The notes beneath the pieces are model-generated. The model was not told the DNA's origin. It made no database searches and saw nothing but the letters and a program-made list of their open reading frames with translations. The translations under genes were made by a program, and so were the position numbers. Below are positions 10,727 through 20,966 of a stretch of DNA of 64,000 bases, piece after piece; position 1 is the first letter of the stretch, and each line of letters opens with the position of its first letter. The stretch covers positions 124,001 through 188,000 of IMG/VR virus record IMGVR_UViG_3300025000_000053; one strand, 5' to 3'.

Positions 10727-10832
10727 ACGAATCTTCCTAAAATAACCTCTTTTAATTTTAAGCTCCTCCTTTAAATTTTTTCTTACTTATCACGCAAATA
10801 ATATATAAATGAAATACTAGAATATACGATTT

Positions 10833-12646
10833 TTAAATATTGTTAAATTCATATAAACCAATGATTTGGTCTTTTAATAGATTAAAGTCATCATTAAATA
10901 AACCATCATTTCTAGAAATAAACATAGAGGTTACTGGGTTAAAGGTCTTATTAAAGGCTTTTATATGTTTTTTAGATTTCAGGGATATGATATTTAGCAC
11001 ATCTCCGTCAAAATCTGCATTTAAAACTTTTAATATTTGTATAGGGAGACTCATTGTATATTGATCAATAATATCATTTTTAACATCTATTATCTTCATT
11101 AAAAGCATGGATCCATAATTAATTGTCATTGTGTTCATATTGTTCGTTAGACAATACAGTTCTCTTATGAACTTCCTTAGTTTTCACTAAGATACCAGAC
11201 TATATTATCATCTTTATAATAAGTTATATGAAGAGACACTTATTTCGATTTAAGGGATTTTCACCCACTCACTTGAGCCCTACTCCTAATGCTTATTTCA
11301 AAGCTAAAGGATAGTCGTTGAACCTTTCTCTAATTAATAGAGACTTGGCTGCGGATTACTCAATCCTAAAACCTTATTACTTATACCCTAGATGATTAGT
11401 CTAAGCCACTATAACATCACTATTATAGTTTAGTAGTTTTAGGCTATAAGAGATTTCCCGACAATTAAAGTGTTGATTTTCACTATAAATCACTCTATAG
11501 TGCCCCACAAAGTTTAGGGTTCCTATTGATAAGAACTTTTGGTTCCCATTTCTTTAATAAATATTTCATTATCTCATACAATTTATTATTATATACAATA
11601 GTGCCTTTATACCAATATTCATATGCTTCGTTTTCAGAAATATCATTTATTCTAGAAACATGAGTTATTATCTCATATTTATATAATTCTAAAAATGCTA
11701 AATAACCTATTTTTATTTCATTTGCTTTTAATATAGGGTCGGGAATTACAACGTTCCTAGCAGAAAAATTTAATTTACCACCAAGAATCTCCCACTTAAT
11801 ATGACCTTTTCTTTGATCTATTTGTTTAAATATTAAATAACATAATTCAATTAATTTCTTTTGAATTATACTAAGGATTTTATTCTCGTCAATATCTCCC
11901 CAATCTTTATTCTTTCTAGTCTCTATTAAATCCCTATCCTTTAATAGATTACTTAAAGAAACTATTGGATTAAACTTCTTATCCATAGAATTATAAAAGA
12001 AAGATTCACCTTTAAATTGAGAAGGTCTCAACACAGATGAATAAACTGGAATACATGAAGAAAATATTTTATCTTTTTCCTTATATATTTCATCAATCAT
12101 TTCAATCTTATTCTTTTTCTTAATTCTATAAAAATCCATTATTTCATCAAATCTTTTTTTAAACTCCATAATACCAATACCTTTAAATGGGGTTTTTCCT
12201 TGTTTATCAATTATATGACCATCCTTAGTAAATTCTTTATCATATTCAATAATTTCAAGGAAACCCTTTTCCCCAATTATTGATTTTAACATTCTATAAA
12301 ATATTGGATGTATTATACTATAGTCACCTAATTTAATCCAACCAGTAATTTTCAAATCAACATCTTTAAATTTAACTGTTGTACCACAAATATTACATTC
12401 TTCTTCATCATATAATCTCCCTTTTAATTCACCACATTCACAAGTATATCTTTCAGCAAATGCATCATCATCTTCAAAATCTGTAGCAAATAAAGGAGAT
12501 TGAATACCATATTTAGATTTTTTTTGTTTACCTTTAAAAGCAGGTTCTTTTATTTCAAATCCTTTACCTATAATAAAATCTTTTTCACACTCCTCATCCC
12601 AATTTAATTTTACTAATCTAACTTCGTCATGTTCCAAATAAAACAC
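10833..12646 (-). CDS. Phage multisubunit RNA polymerase beta' N-terminal part, spliced (exons 12646-11516 and 11126-10833, ~474 aa); probably the non-virion RNAP
   Basis: Zn-binding CECG...CNIC, GKLNFSARNVVIP, junction INRNP|TINYGS, catalytic NADFDGD in exon 2; early-type motif at 12704-12713. Confidence 0.9.
11127..11515 (-). mobile_element. Group I intron (IA-like, 389 nt, no ORF) in RNAP beta'N
   Basis: 5' exon ends in U with P1 CCCU|A:UGGGG (U.G at the splice site); P10 ACAA:UUGU; core AAUUGUCGGG, AAUCCGCAGC, GUUCAACGACUA, AUAUAGUC; terminal G at 11127; splicing restores the frame. Confidence 0.92.
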
Positions 12647-12768
12647 ACCTCCATTTATTTATCTTATTTAAAAGTTCTTAAGCTTTTAAATCTCTACTAA
12701 AAGATAATATATGTATAAAAAAAATATTGTTTATCAGATTATTATTTCTGATAAACAATAATAAATTA

Positions 12769-13428
12769 TTAAGGTTTAATAACTTGAACAACTTTCAAAT
12801 ACCAAGAGTCCTTACCAGTTAAAGCAAATAATACATCTGAATATATACTATAGTCAAGGGAGTGAATAAATTTTTTTATTTCAATCTTATCTTCTTTTAT
12901 TTCTTCGCACTTAATTCTGAGTTCTTCAGCTTTATCAATAATTTCTTTCTTAAAATTCTCCGCTTCTTTTTCATTATCAAAATAAATAAAATTATTTTGT
13001 TCTCTATTTCCCAATAGTGGTAATAATTTTTTGTCTTTTGATATAAATTTACCACCATTCATAAATGTATTATAACCGAATTTAAGTGAATATCCAAAAA
13101 TAACATCTTTAAAATCTTCAATAGTTTTCATACGCATTTCTTCCCCGTATACTCTATCCACATATCTGTAGACCCACTCTGTTGTACCACCGAAGATACT
13201 ACAATTAGTATGTAGGATATCACCATCACCATTTCTTATGGTTTCAATAGCGTCTTTAATTTTATCGCTAAACAATTTAAACTTTCTATCAATTATAAAC
13301 ATGTTTGGTACTGAAAAGTATCCTCTACCATCAGTATCTTTATGAATACAGTAGTCAGTTCCATCTTCGAAAAAAACCCTATTACAATATTCAGGATCTT
13401 CTGGTTTAAAATAAATTTCATATTTCAT
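12769..13428 (-). CDS. Hypothetical protein
   Basis: 219 aa ORF with RBS. Confidence 0.6.
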   Translation of the reverse strand: MKYEIYFKPEDPEYCNRVFFEDGTDYCIHKDTDGRGYFSVPNMFIIDRKFKLFSDKIKDAIETIRNGDGDILHTNCSIFGGTTEWVYRYVDRVYGEEMRMKTIEDFKDVIFGYSLKFGYNTFMNGGKFISKDKKLLPLLGNREQNNFIYFDNEKEAENFKKEIIDKAEELRIKCEEIKEDKIEIKKFIHSLDYSIYSDVLFALTGKDSWYLKVVQVIKP

Positions 13429-13457
13429 AAAACTTCACCCCTTGTATAATTATTATT

Positions 13458-13685
13458 TTATTCTTTCCAATTCATATTTTCTCTAATTATATTTAATAAT
13501 AATTTTTCATATTCTTTTTTCTTCTGTAAAACTTCTTCAACTGTATCATCTGAATGAATAAAAGCTATAACGATTTCTTGACCAATGGGATTTTTTAATA
13601 TTAATCTAGTCGTAGTTTTTGTTTCAGTACCAATAAATTTATATGAAACATCATATACATCTATAAATAATTCAAAATCCACCAT
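13458..13685 (-). CDS. Hypothetical protein
   Basis: 75 aa; RBS GGGGG. Confidence 0.55.
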   Translation of the reverse strand: MVDFELFIDVYDVSYKFIGTETKTTTRLILKNPIGQEIVIAFIHSDDTVEEVLQKKKEYEKLLLNIIRENMNWKE

Positions 13686-13709
13686 AATTCCCCCACTTAA
13701 AAAATAGAT

Positions 13710-14297
13710 TTATAACTCATTTTTTCTATTTTTTAATTCCATTAATATACGTTTTAATATTACTTTTTGCATTGCATAAATTTCTTTCATATATTGTTCT
13801 TTTTCAGTTTCATAAAGAACTTCTGTTATTTCTAATTCATTATTTATCCAAATTGATAAATTTTTTATTCTATTGTTAGCTCTAAATAGTTCATTGCTCA
13901 ATCTAACATTATCATCTTGAAAGTGTTGTCTACTACGTATAAGTTGTTCTTTTGAAACATCTTTAAAAAGTTTCTTTTCAAAATCATCTAATTCTATTTC
14001 TGGATAGTCTTCATCCATTATTTTTTCTAATTTATTTTCATTCTCAGATAATGAAATAGGTAATTGTGATGTAAAATTATCATCTCTAAATGGCTGTAAT
14101 AATTTAAGGAATTTATTTATATCATCAGCATTAATTCCTTTTTCTTGAATTTCTTTAGTCTTATCACTAATGTTAATATCACCGGAATTACTATGATTGG
14201 CTAGCATATTAGCAATTTCCTCTGGTGTAAATAATTCCATAATATTTAATTCTTCATCACTTGAAATTTTTTTATCAATCCTTGTAAAATTAGGCAT
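13710..14297 (-). CDS. Hypothetical acidic/coiled-coil protein
   Basis: 195 aa; overlaps the AAA gene stop. Confidence 0.6.
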   Translation of the reverse strand: MPNFTRIDKKISSDEELNIMELFTPEEIANMLANHSNSGDINISDKTKEIQEKGINADDINKFLKLLQPFRDDNFTSQLPISLSENENKLEKIMDEDYPEIELDDFEKKLFKDVSKEQLIRSRQHFQDDNVRLSNELFRANNRIKNLSIWINNELEITEVLYETEKEQYMKEIYAMQKVILKRILMELKNRKNEL

Positions 14298-15606
14298 ATA
14301 AACTATCCCCTCTATTTAAATATTTTTTTTGTAATGTTTTATAATTATTGAAATTTTTAAGATATTCTTCTTTACTTTTGATAAGAATATCATATGTTGT
14401 TTTAACTGCTTCTTCAATAGACAAATTTTTATTAACAGCTAATAAATATAAAGTACTAGTTATAATTTCTTTGAGACTAGCCATAGATAAATTATCACTA
14501 TATTTAACAAAAAGTTCTATAATTCCCTTATCAATATTAGATTGATTTTCATCTTTATAAACTTTATAATCAGATAGTAATTCTTCAATATTTCTATTTT
14601 TAAAAAATGCATAACGTGTATTTTCTGATGGATTATCAATCTTATATGTGCGATCAAAACGACCAGATCTATTCATGAAAGCAGGATCAATTTGTTCTGG
14701 ATAATTTGTTGTACCAATAAAATATACACCAGATTGAGTATTAATACCATCAAGAATATTTAAAAATTCAGATCTATTTCTTTCATTAATTAATGAGTCA
14801 ATATCTTCAATTATAATAATAGCTCGTTTACCTTTCAATGACTTAAGTAATATGGATAAAATTTTAGTCATATCATTAATGTTAGGATTTATAACTATCT
14901 TAGTGATAGTTGGTGGTATAATTCTAATAATTTCTCGTATCATAGCAGTTTTACCATTACCAGGTTCACCATATAGAATGGCTCCTCGCTTATATACTAG
15001 TTGTAATTTTTTATACATACCATAAGTCTCTTGTTTAAAAAATAAATTAAAATCTTCTATGACTTCTGTTAATACAGAGTCCTTAGTAAATATGAGTTTT
15101 TCTTTAATAACTTTTTTCTTCACAATATCAACTAATTTTTTTGTATCATTAGAAGAATTAGAAATCTCTACATATTCTCTATCTTTACATTTAAAATCAA
15201 TTTCCTGAAACATATTTGTACCGTTATCTCGCTGTAGTATCACCTTTACTTTTTTTAGAAATGGTTTTAAATATTCAGTGTCAATTAGAAAACTACAATA
15301 GATAGAATACCTATTAGATGTATAAAATACAATAGAATTAATTTTCTTAGATGCAGCAATACATTGAAATACTTTAGAATTATTTGATAACTCATAAATG
15401 TCAACCATTTCTGGTTGAGGAAGATTATCAGGATAATCATAAACAGTACCCATATCTTTAAATTTAAAAGTTCTAAGAATATCTTTAATAATATTTTCAC
15501 TATATACTTGAAAAACAATCTTTTGATATCTTTCTAAACTAATATCATATTTATAAAATTCTTCATTAAATAATTTAATAAGTGCTAATTCCATAAATTT
15601 ATCCAA
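14290..15606 (-). CDS. AAA+ ATPase, YjoB-like
   Basis: YKRGAILYGEPGNGKT (Walker A), IIIIEDID (Walker B), TTNYPEQIDPAFMNRSGRFDR (second region of homology). Confidence 0.85.
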   Translation of the reverse strand: MDKFMELALIKLFNEEFYKYDISLERYQKIVFQVYSENIIKDILRTFKFKDMGTVYDYPDNLPQPEMVDIYELSNNSKVFQCIAASKKINSIVFYTSNRYSIYCSFLIDTEYLKPFLKKVKVILQRDNGTNMFQEIDFKCKDREYVEISNSSNDTKKLVDIVKKKVIKEKLIFTKDSVLTEVIEDFNLFFKQETYGMYKKLQLVYKRGAILYGEPGNGKTAMIREIIRIIPPTITKIVINPNINDMTKILSILLKSLKGKRAIIIIEDIDSLINERNRSEFLNILDGINTQSGVYFIGTTNYPEQIDPAFMNRSGRFDRTYKIDNPSENTRYAFFKNRNIEELLSDYKVYKDENQSNIDKGIIELFVKYSDNLSMASLKEIITSTLYLLAVNKNLSIEEAVKTTYDILIKSKEEYLKNFNNYKTLQKKYLNRGDSLYA

Positions 15607-15720
15607 AATATATCCTCCTTTTATATTAATTCACTATATATTTGATAATTCATATTGAATAAACATCTATGAACTTCTTTAAGAATCATAAATAAAACAC
15701 ATTTTAAAATATTTATAAAA

Positions 15721-16188
15721 TTATTTTTGTTTTTTAAATACCTTAACTAATTTCTCTAATAAATTTTGATATTCATACCATTCTTTACAACAATCTTCTT
15801 TTGAATATTTTACTATGCATTCATTCACTCCAGGAATTAAACCTCTGCCACCCATAGGACGTTCATTAAATGATAAACTACAACCATGTTCTGTTAATAA
15901 CATACATTCACCACCCCAAGAAGGATCAACAATACTTGCATTTTTATTTCTTATTCTAAGGTATAGTGTACGATCCCTATTTTTATCAAAAACATCACCA
16001 TCCCACCAATCAATTGATATATGGCCTTTTTTAATTATTTTTTTTAAAGTTTCAAAACTTATATCTTCAAAATCTCTAGGTGAAAAATGACATCCTAAAC
16101 TTTTACAACAGTATCCCTTACATTTAGCACATAACTCAATATTTTCATTATTATCTTGAAGATTATTTTCTATTTGTATATTCAACAT
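15721..16188 (-). CDS. YkgJ-family CxxCxxCC metal/Fe-S cluster protein
   Basis: CAKCKGYCC...ECMLLTEHGCSL...RP..GR. Confidence 0.7.
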   Translation of the reverse strand: MLNIQIENNLQDNNENIELCAKCKGYCCKSLGCHFSPRDFEDISFETLKKIIKKGHISIDWWDGDVFDKNRDRTLYLRIRNKNASIVDPSWGGECMLLTEHGCSLSFNERPMGGRGLIPGVNECIVKYSKEDCCKEWYEYQNLLEKLVKVFKKQK

Positions 16189-16218
16189 AATATTTTTTCT
16201 CCCATCTTTAACTTAAAA

Positions 16219-16704
16219 TTAAATATATTTATTTATATTTTTTCTAATAAATTCTCTAACTTTATTAAGTTCAATATCGCTTGGTTTAGTTATATTAATA
16301 CTATTTAAAGAATTTATTAAATCTTCCTCATCTAAGCATAATTCATATTGAGGTGAGTTACAATCACCATATTCAAGTTCAACAGTATCACAATTTATTT
16401 TACCTGAAATATCTATACAAGTTCCATCGGGTTTAATACAATAAGCATGTACTAAAGCTTTATCATAAAAAGTTTCTTTATCTTCATTATCAAATTCTGC
16501 TTCTAAATCAAATAAAAGTTTTATGTTATAACCAAGCTCTAAGTGTAAAGCATGTGCGAATATATGACATTTCCTATTTAAATATTGTGCAATAAATTTT
16601 CCACTTTGTCTTGCTTTTATCTCCATTATTTCGATTTGTTCTGTATTGGGTATTCCATAAAATGAATGCCGATTTAATAATTCAATTTTTCTTTTTAAAT
16701 ACAT
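16219..16704 (-). CDS. Hypothetical protein, possible papain/transglutaminase-like Cys-His-Asp fold
   Basis: KCHIFAHAL...VHAYC...IDISG spacing. Confidence 0.35.
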   Translation of the reverse strand: MYLKRKIELLNRHSFYGIPNTEQIEIMEIKARQSGKFIAQYLNRKCHIFAHALHLELGYNIKLLFDLEAEFDNEDKETFYDKALVHAYCIKPDGTCIDISGKINCDTVELEYGDCNSPQYELCLDEEDLINSLNSINITKPSDIELNKVREFIRKNINKYI

Positions 16705-16707
16705 TTT

Positions 16708-17121
16708 TTATTTTCCTCCATTATTATCAATCCCTTTAATTTTATCAATATTTAATCTAAAAGGTATTTTAGAATTTTCTAGTAAAAGTTTAACCCTATT
16801 TATAATACTATCAATAATAAAGGTATAAAGTCCATCAATACCATTAAAACCCAATTCAAAACTAAATACTAAGAATGTTTCATTATTATCAATAAAATTA
16901 TCATATATAACTTTTTCAATAGCATAGAATATGTCATCCTTCAAATTAATTTTTTTACCTTCAACAGTATCAAGAACAATAACAAGTTCAGTATTATCTG
17001 ATATACACTTAAAAATATTTCTATTAATAATCCTCATATTAACTAAATAAGATTCTGTATTGGAAAAGTTAAAATAATCAATTTTTTTAAGAAGTTCCTT
17101 ATTCATAACATGCATAATCAA
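16708..17121 (-). CDS. Hypothetical protein
   Basis: 137 aa ORF. Confidence 0.55.
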   Translation of the reverse strand: MIMHVMNKELLKKIDYFNFSNTESYLVNMRIINRNIFKCISDNTELVIVLDTVEGKKINLKDDIFYAIEKVIYDNFIDNNETFLVFSFELGFNGIDGLYTFIIDSIINRVKLLLENSKIPFRLNIDKIKGIDNNGGK

Positions 17122-17142
17122 TTGTCTCCCCTTTATTTTAAA

Positions 17143-17433
17143 TTAATACCAAATGCGAGCATACCAGCCTTTTTCAATATATTTATTTTTAATTTCTTCT
17201 TCAGTTTTACCAGAATCAAATTGATTATCTGACCCAGAATATAAACCAGAATCTGATTTAGTGTAAAGTAAAAAAACCTTATTTATATTATCATAAACAA
17301 TATAGTCAATACATTCCATAAAATCAATATCCTTAAATGTTAATTTTGCAAAAGGTACAAAATCAATTTTAAATTCTTTTCTTAATTCAGTTCGAGTACC
17401 TAAAATTCTCTTAATAAAAATTACTTTATGCAT
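17143..17433 (-). CDS. Hypothetical protein
   Basis: 96 aa; RBS GAGGAG; early-type motif at 17472-17481. Confidence 0.6.
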   Translation of the reverse strand: MHKVIFIKRILGTRTELRKEFKIDFVPFAKLTFKDIDFMECIDYIVYDNINKVFLLYTKSDSGLYSGSDNQFDSGKTEEEIKNKYIEKGWYARIWY

Positions 17434-17487
17434 AATTATCTCCTCTCAACTTTATTTTTTATTCTAGTATAATAATATATAAATTAA

Positions 17488-17519
17488 AAGATATATGATA
17501 ATTAATTATCATATATCTT
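17488..17519 (-). terminator. Terminator downstream of nrdD
   Basis: Perfect 32-bp palindrome AAGATATATGATAATTAATTATCATATATCTT. Confidence 0.65.
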
Positions 17520-17534
17520 AATTATTTATATTCT

Positions 17535-19955
17535 TTAAATATGTGTTCCTCTGTCTTTAAGTTCTGATTTTTTAGCACTATTAAACATATTTATTGTACT
17601 TAAATATCCTGTAATTCTTCTTACTCTATTAATGTCTTCAGAACTACAACTCGGACATTCTTTAGGATATACACCTGAATAATTACATGAACGACAAAAA
17701 TCAACTGGGAAGTTAATTCCACCATAACCAACATCACAATCTTTCATATATTTAATAATATTAATTACAGCTTCAGTATTGTGAAGAAATGGGGATGTTG
17801 ACTCAATATAAGTAATATGACCAGCATTACAATATTTATGAAAAGCTCCTTCTAACATAATTTTTTTAAACCAACTGATTTCATAACCTACTGGTATATG
17901 AAAACTATTAGTATAATATTCTTTATCAGTAACACCTGGAATTATACCAAATTGTTTTCTATCAAGTCTTAAAAATCTACCAGATAATCCTTCAGCCGGA
18001 GTTGCTAATAAAACTATATTAATTTTTCTTTTAAGTGTTTCTTTATCAGAAAATTCTCTCATTGTTTTTATAATATTTAAACCAAGTTCATAAATATTTT
18101 TATCTTCTCCATGATGTTTACCAGTTAAAGCTACTAATGCTTCCGCAAGACCAATAAATCCAATTGACATAGAACCATGTTTAATAGCTTCTTCTATTTT
18201 ATCATTATACCCTAATTTATCAGAATCTAGATATAAACTTTGACCCATAATAAAAGGCATATCTCTTACAAGTAGATTCTTCTGTATGTCATATCTATGA
18301 TTAAGTTGATCAAATATAAGATTTGACTTACTTTCAAGTAATGTAAAAAACTTTTCAATACTACCTTTTGCTTCTATTGCAATTCTAGGTAAATTTAATG
18401 TTGTAAATGATAAGTTACCTCTCTTATCTGTAGTTTCAGGTCCATTAATATTACCAATAACCCTAGTTCTACAACCCATATAAGCTACTTCAGCGTCACC
18501 TGTGTATTGCTTATTAAAACTAGAATCCATAAATGAAAAAGTTGGATTTAATTTAGTACCAGCTATTTCACATGCTAATTTAAATAAGTCATAATTAGGG
18601 TCTCCGGGTTCCACATTTACACCATCTTTAACTTTAAAGATAATATTTGGAAAAATTGGATTTTCCCCTTTACCTAAACCTGCTTTATATGCAAGTAAAA
18701 TATTCTTTGTTACTTTCCTACCAGCATCACTCATATCAGTACCAATATTTAAACTACTAAAAGGGACCTGTGCCCCAGCCCTAGAATGCATACTATTTAA
18801 ATTATAAATAAGGGCCTCACAAGCTTGATAAGCTTCATTATCATTAGCATCAACAAAAAAATCAGCCATATCACGATCAAAAAAAGCAAATGATTGACCA
18901 CCATGCATATCCACTGTACCGCCTCTTTCGAGGTATTTCAAACGGGTTAGACTATATCATATACCTATTTTTTTATTATAGGCACCCTGGCACTTCGGAT
19001 CGGGATTTTCACCCTAATTACCCCTACTCTACTCGCTTCGTGTATCAAATTGATACCTTATTTTATACACCAAAAAGTGTATTAGCTTTCGATAGTCGTT
19101 AGCGTTTCTCTACTATTTTTTAAAATATTAGAGCTTACGACGGTATTACCTGCTATCCTTATTTCAGGACCGTAGGCTCTCTTAGAAAGTGTATTCATTA
19201 CTATTATAACTATAATAGTATTTATTTAACTTTTACCGTTAGCCAGATATAATATCCGACACCCATCTATTGATGGTTCACCAGGTTATTCAATGCACAT
19301 TACTGTACAAGGGAACAAATTAATTATTCTGGGCACTTTGTAAAACTATAGCTGCTAATGCAGTTGCACTACTTGTTCTTTTAGGTGGTCTAATCCAACC
19401 ATGTCCATTATCAAAACCTTTAGTTAATATTTCCTTAAGCGGTATTTGTAAACAAGTTAAGGTTTTTCCATAAAAATCCAAATCATGTATATGAATAGAC
19501 CCATCTATATGAGCATTTGATATTTCTTCAGGTATCAATCTAGATAAGTAATACTTTCTTGATGCCTCACTTGCAATTTGTAACATTTTAGCCATTGGAC
19601 CTGTACCAATGTTAGCATTTTCTCTTGAAGTTTCTTTTAATATATCTTCAACACAATCCATCAATTCACTCTGACCTTCTCTAATACGTGTTCTTTTATT
19701 TCTATATAAAATATACGCTTTTGAAGTTTTAGCTCTACCATTATTAATTAAAACAGTCTCAACAACATCTTGTATGTCTTCAACATTATGTATATCTTTA
19801 CCTAAATTTTCTAATCTGTTATAAACTTCTAATGCCAATTTAAAAGAAGTCGAATTATCATTACCACCTAAAGATTTTGCTGCTTTAAAAATACAACTAG
19901 CTACTGTTTCAATACTAAAATCAACTATTCTACCATCACGTTTTCTAACTTGCAT
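17535..19955 (-). CDS. nrdD: Anaerobic (class III) ribonucleoside-triphosphate reductase, spliced (exons 19955-19326 and 18911-17535, ~668 aa)
   Basis: N-terminal ATP cone, IHIHDLD, junction QSAQN|DMHGGQS, YMGCRT, YYTNSFH, CxxC...CxxC, glycyl-radical RRITGYL. Confidence 0.95.
18912..19325 (-). mobile_element. Group I intron (414 nt, no ORF) in nrdD
   Basis: P1 GAAU|AA:UUGUUC; core ACGACUAUC and GAUAUAGUCU; terminal hairpin CCUC-GAAA-GAGG; final G at 18912; splicing restores the frame. Confidence 0.9.
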
Positions 19956-19989
19956 TTATTTACCCCCCTTAAATTTTTTATTTATAATA

Positions 19990-20556
19990 TCAATAAAAAT
20001 ATTTATAATAAATATTTTTAATTACCTCAGCATCCCATAATGCATTATGTTTAAAGATATTAGATTTAATTGTCGTATCTAATAATTCTTCTCTATTAGT
20101 ATTAAAAGCTTTGCGCATATCCATCTCACTATTATAAAAATTACATATATCTTGATTAATATCATAACAAGCTGGACAAATATTTTTAGGTAAGTCAAAA
20201 GCTGAACCAAATAAATCAATAAGTAATACAAAATCATAATGACACACATCTGAAATAAATAAAATTTCTTCATTACCAAACTTACTTAACCATTTTTTTA
20301 ATTGGTTTGTCATTTCTTTTTTATTACCATGAAAATAATAATCTGGTACCTTTGCCTTTTGATCAGTATTATCAGTCCTACTTACCCATAGTTTATCAAT
20401 AACATTTTTTTGTATCCATTCATCTACTTGTGTTTTGTCATAATCATTAAACTCTAAATATAATTTATCACCATTTTCTGATATAATACCTAATGAAATT
20501 AAAGTAGTATTCTTATGAAGCCCCGTGAATTCACAATCAAAAAATAATTTTATCAT
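19990..20556 (-). CDS. DEDDh 3'-5' exoribonuclease (Rv2179c/DUF5051-like)
   Basis: FFDCEFTGL...LISLG...YD...HNALWDA. Confidence 0.85.
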   Translation of the reverse strand: MIKLFFDCEFTGLHKNTTLISLGIISENGDKLYLEFNDYDKTQVDEWIQKNVIDKLWVSRTDNTDQKAKVPDYYFHGNKKEMTNQLKKWLSKFGNEEILFISDVCHYDFVLLIDLFGSAFDLPKNICPACYDINQDICNFYNSEMDMRKAFNTNREELLDTTIKSNIFKHNALWDAEVIKNIYYKYFY

Positions 20557-20579
20557 AATTTATCCCTCTTTTCTTTGTA

Positions 20580-20966
20580 TTAATCATCAAAAGCCTTTTC
20601 AGTTGGTATTTCTTTAATATCCCAATCATCTTTATCTCTATTTTCGTTTATTATTTCATTACATAAATTGATACATTTTTTACATATACTTGCTTGTTCA
20701 GAATAAACAATAAGATTTTCATCCGTATTCTTTTCTCCACAAAAAGAACAAAAGACACCGCTTTCTCTATAAATATTTTCTGAGGAAGCAACAACAATTC
20801 CTTTATAATTAAATTTATTTTCTTCTATCCAATCTCTAAATTTTTTATTAATAACTTCCAAATACTCACTTTCTGGAACTAGAATTTTTGAATCTAAATG
20901 TATTAATTTAGTATTTATAACTTTTTTAATAAAAGAAAATTTCAAAATATCACCTCCATCATTCAT
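20580..20966 (-). CDS. Protein with a ClpX-type C4 zinc finger
   Basis: CSFCGEK...ICKKCINLC. Confidence 0.75.
   Translation of the reverse strand: MNDGGDILKFSFIKKVINTKLIHLDSKILVPESEYLEVINKKFRDWIEENKFNYKGIVVASSENIYRESGVFCSFCGEKNTDENLIVYSEQASICKKCINLCNEIINENRDKDDWDIKEIPTEKAFDD

Noticed and set aside
10833-19955. Pseudogene, frameshift or stop-readthrough explanation for the split beta' and nrdD
   Set aside because: The gaps contain full group I cores with U.G 5' sites and terminal G, and removal restores conserved motifs exactly
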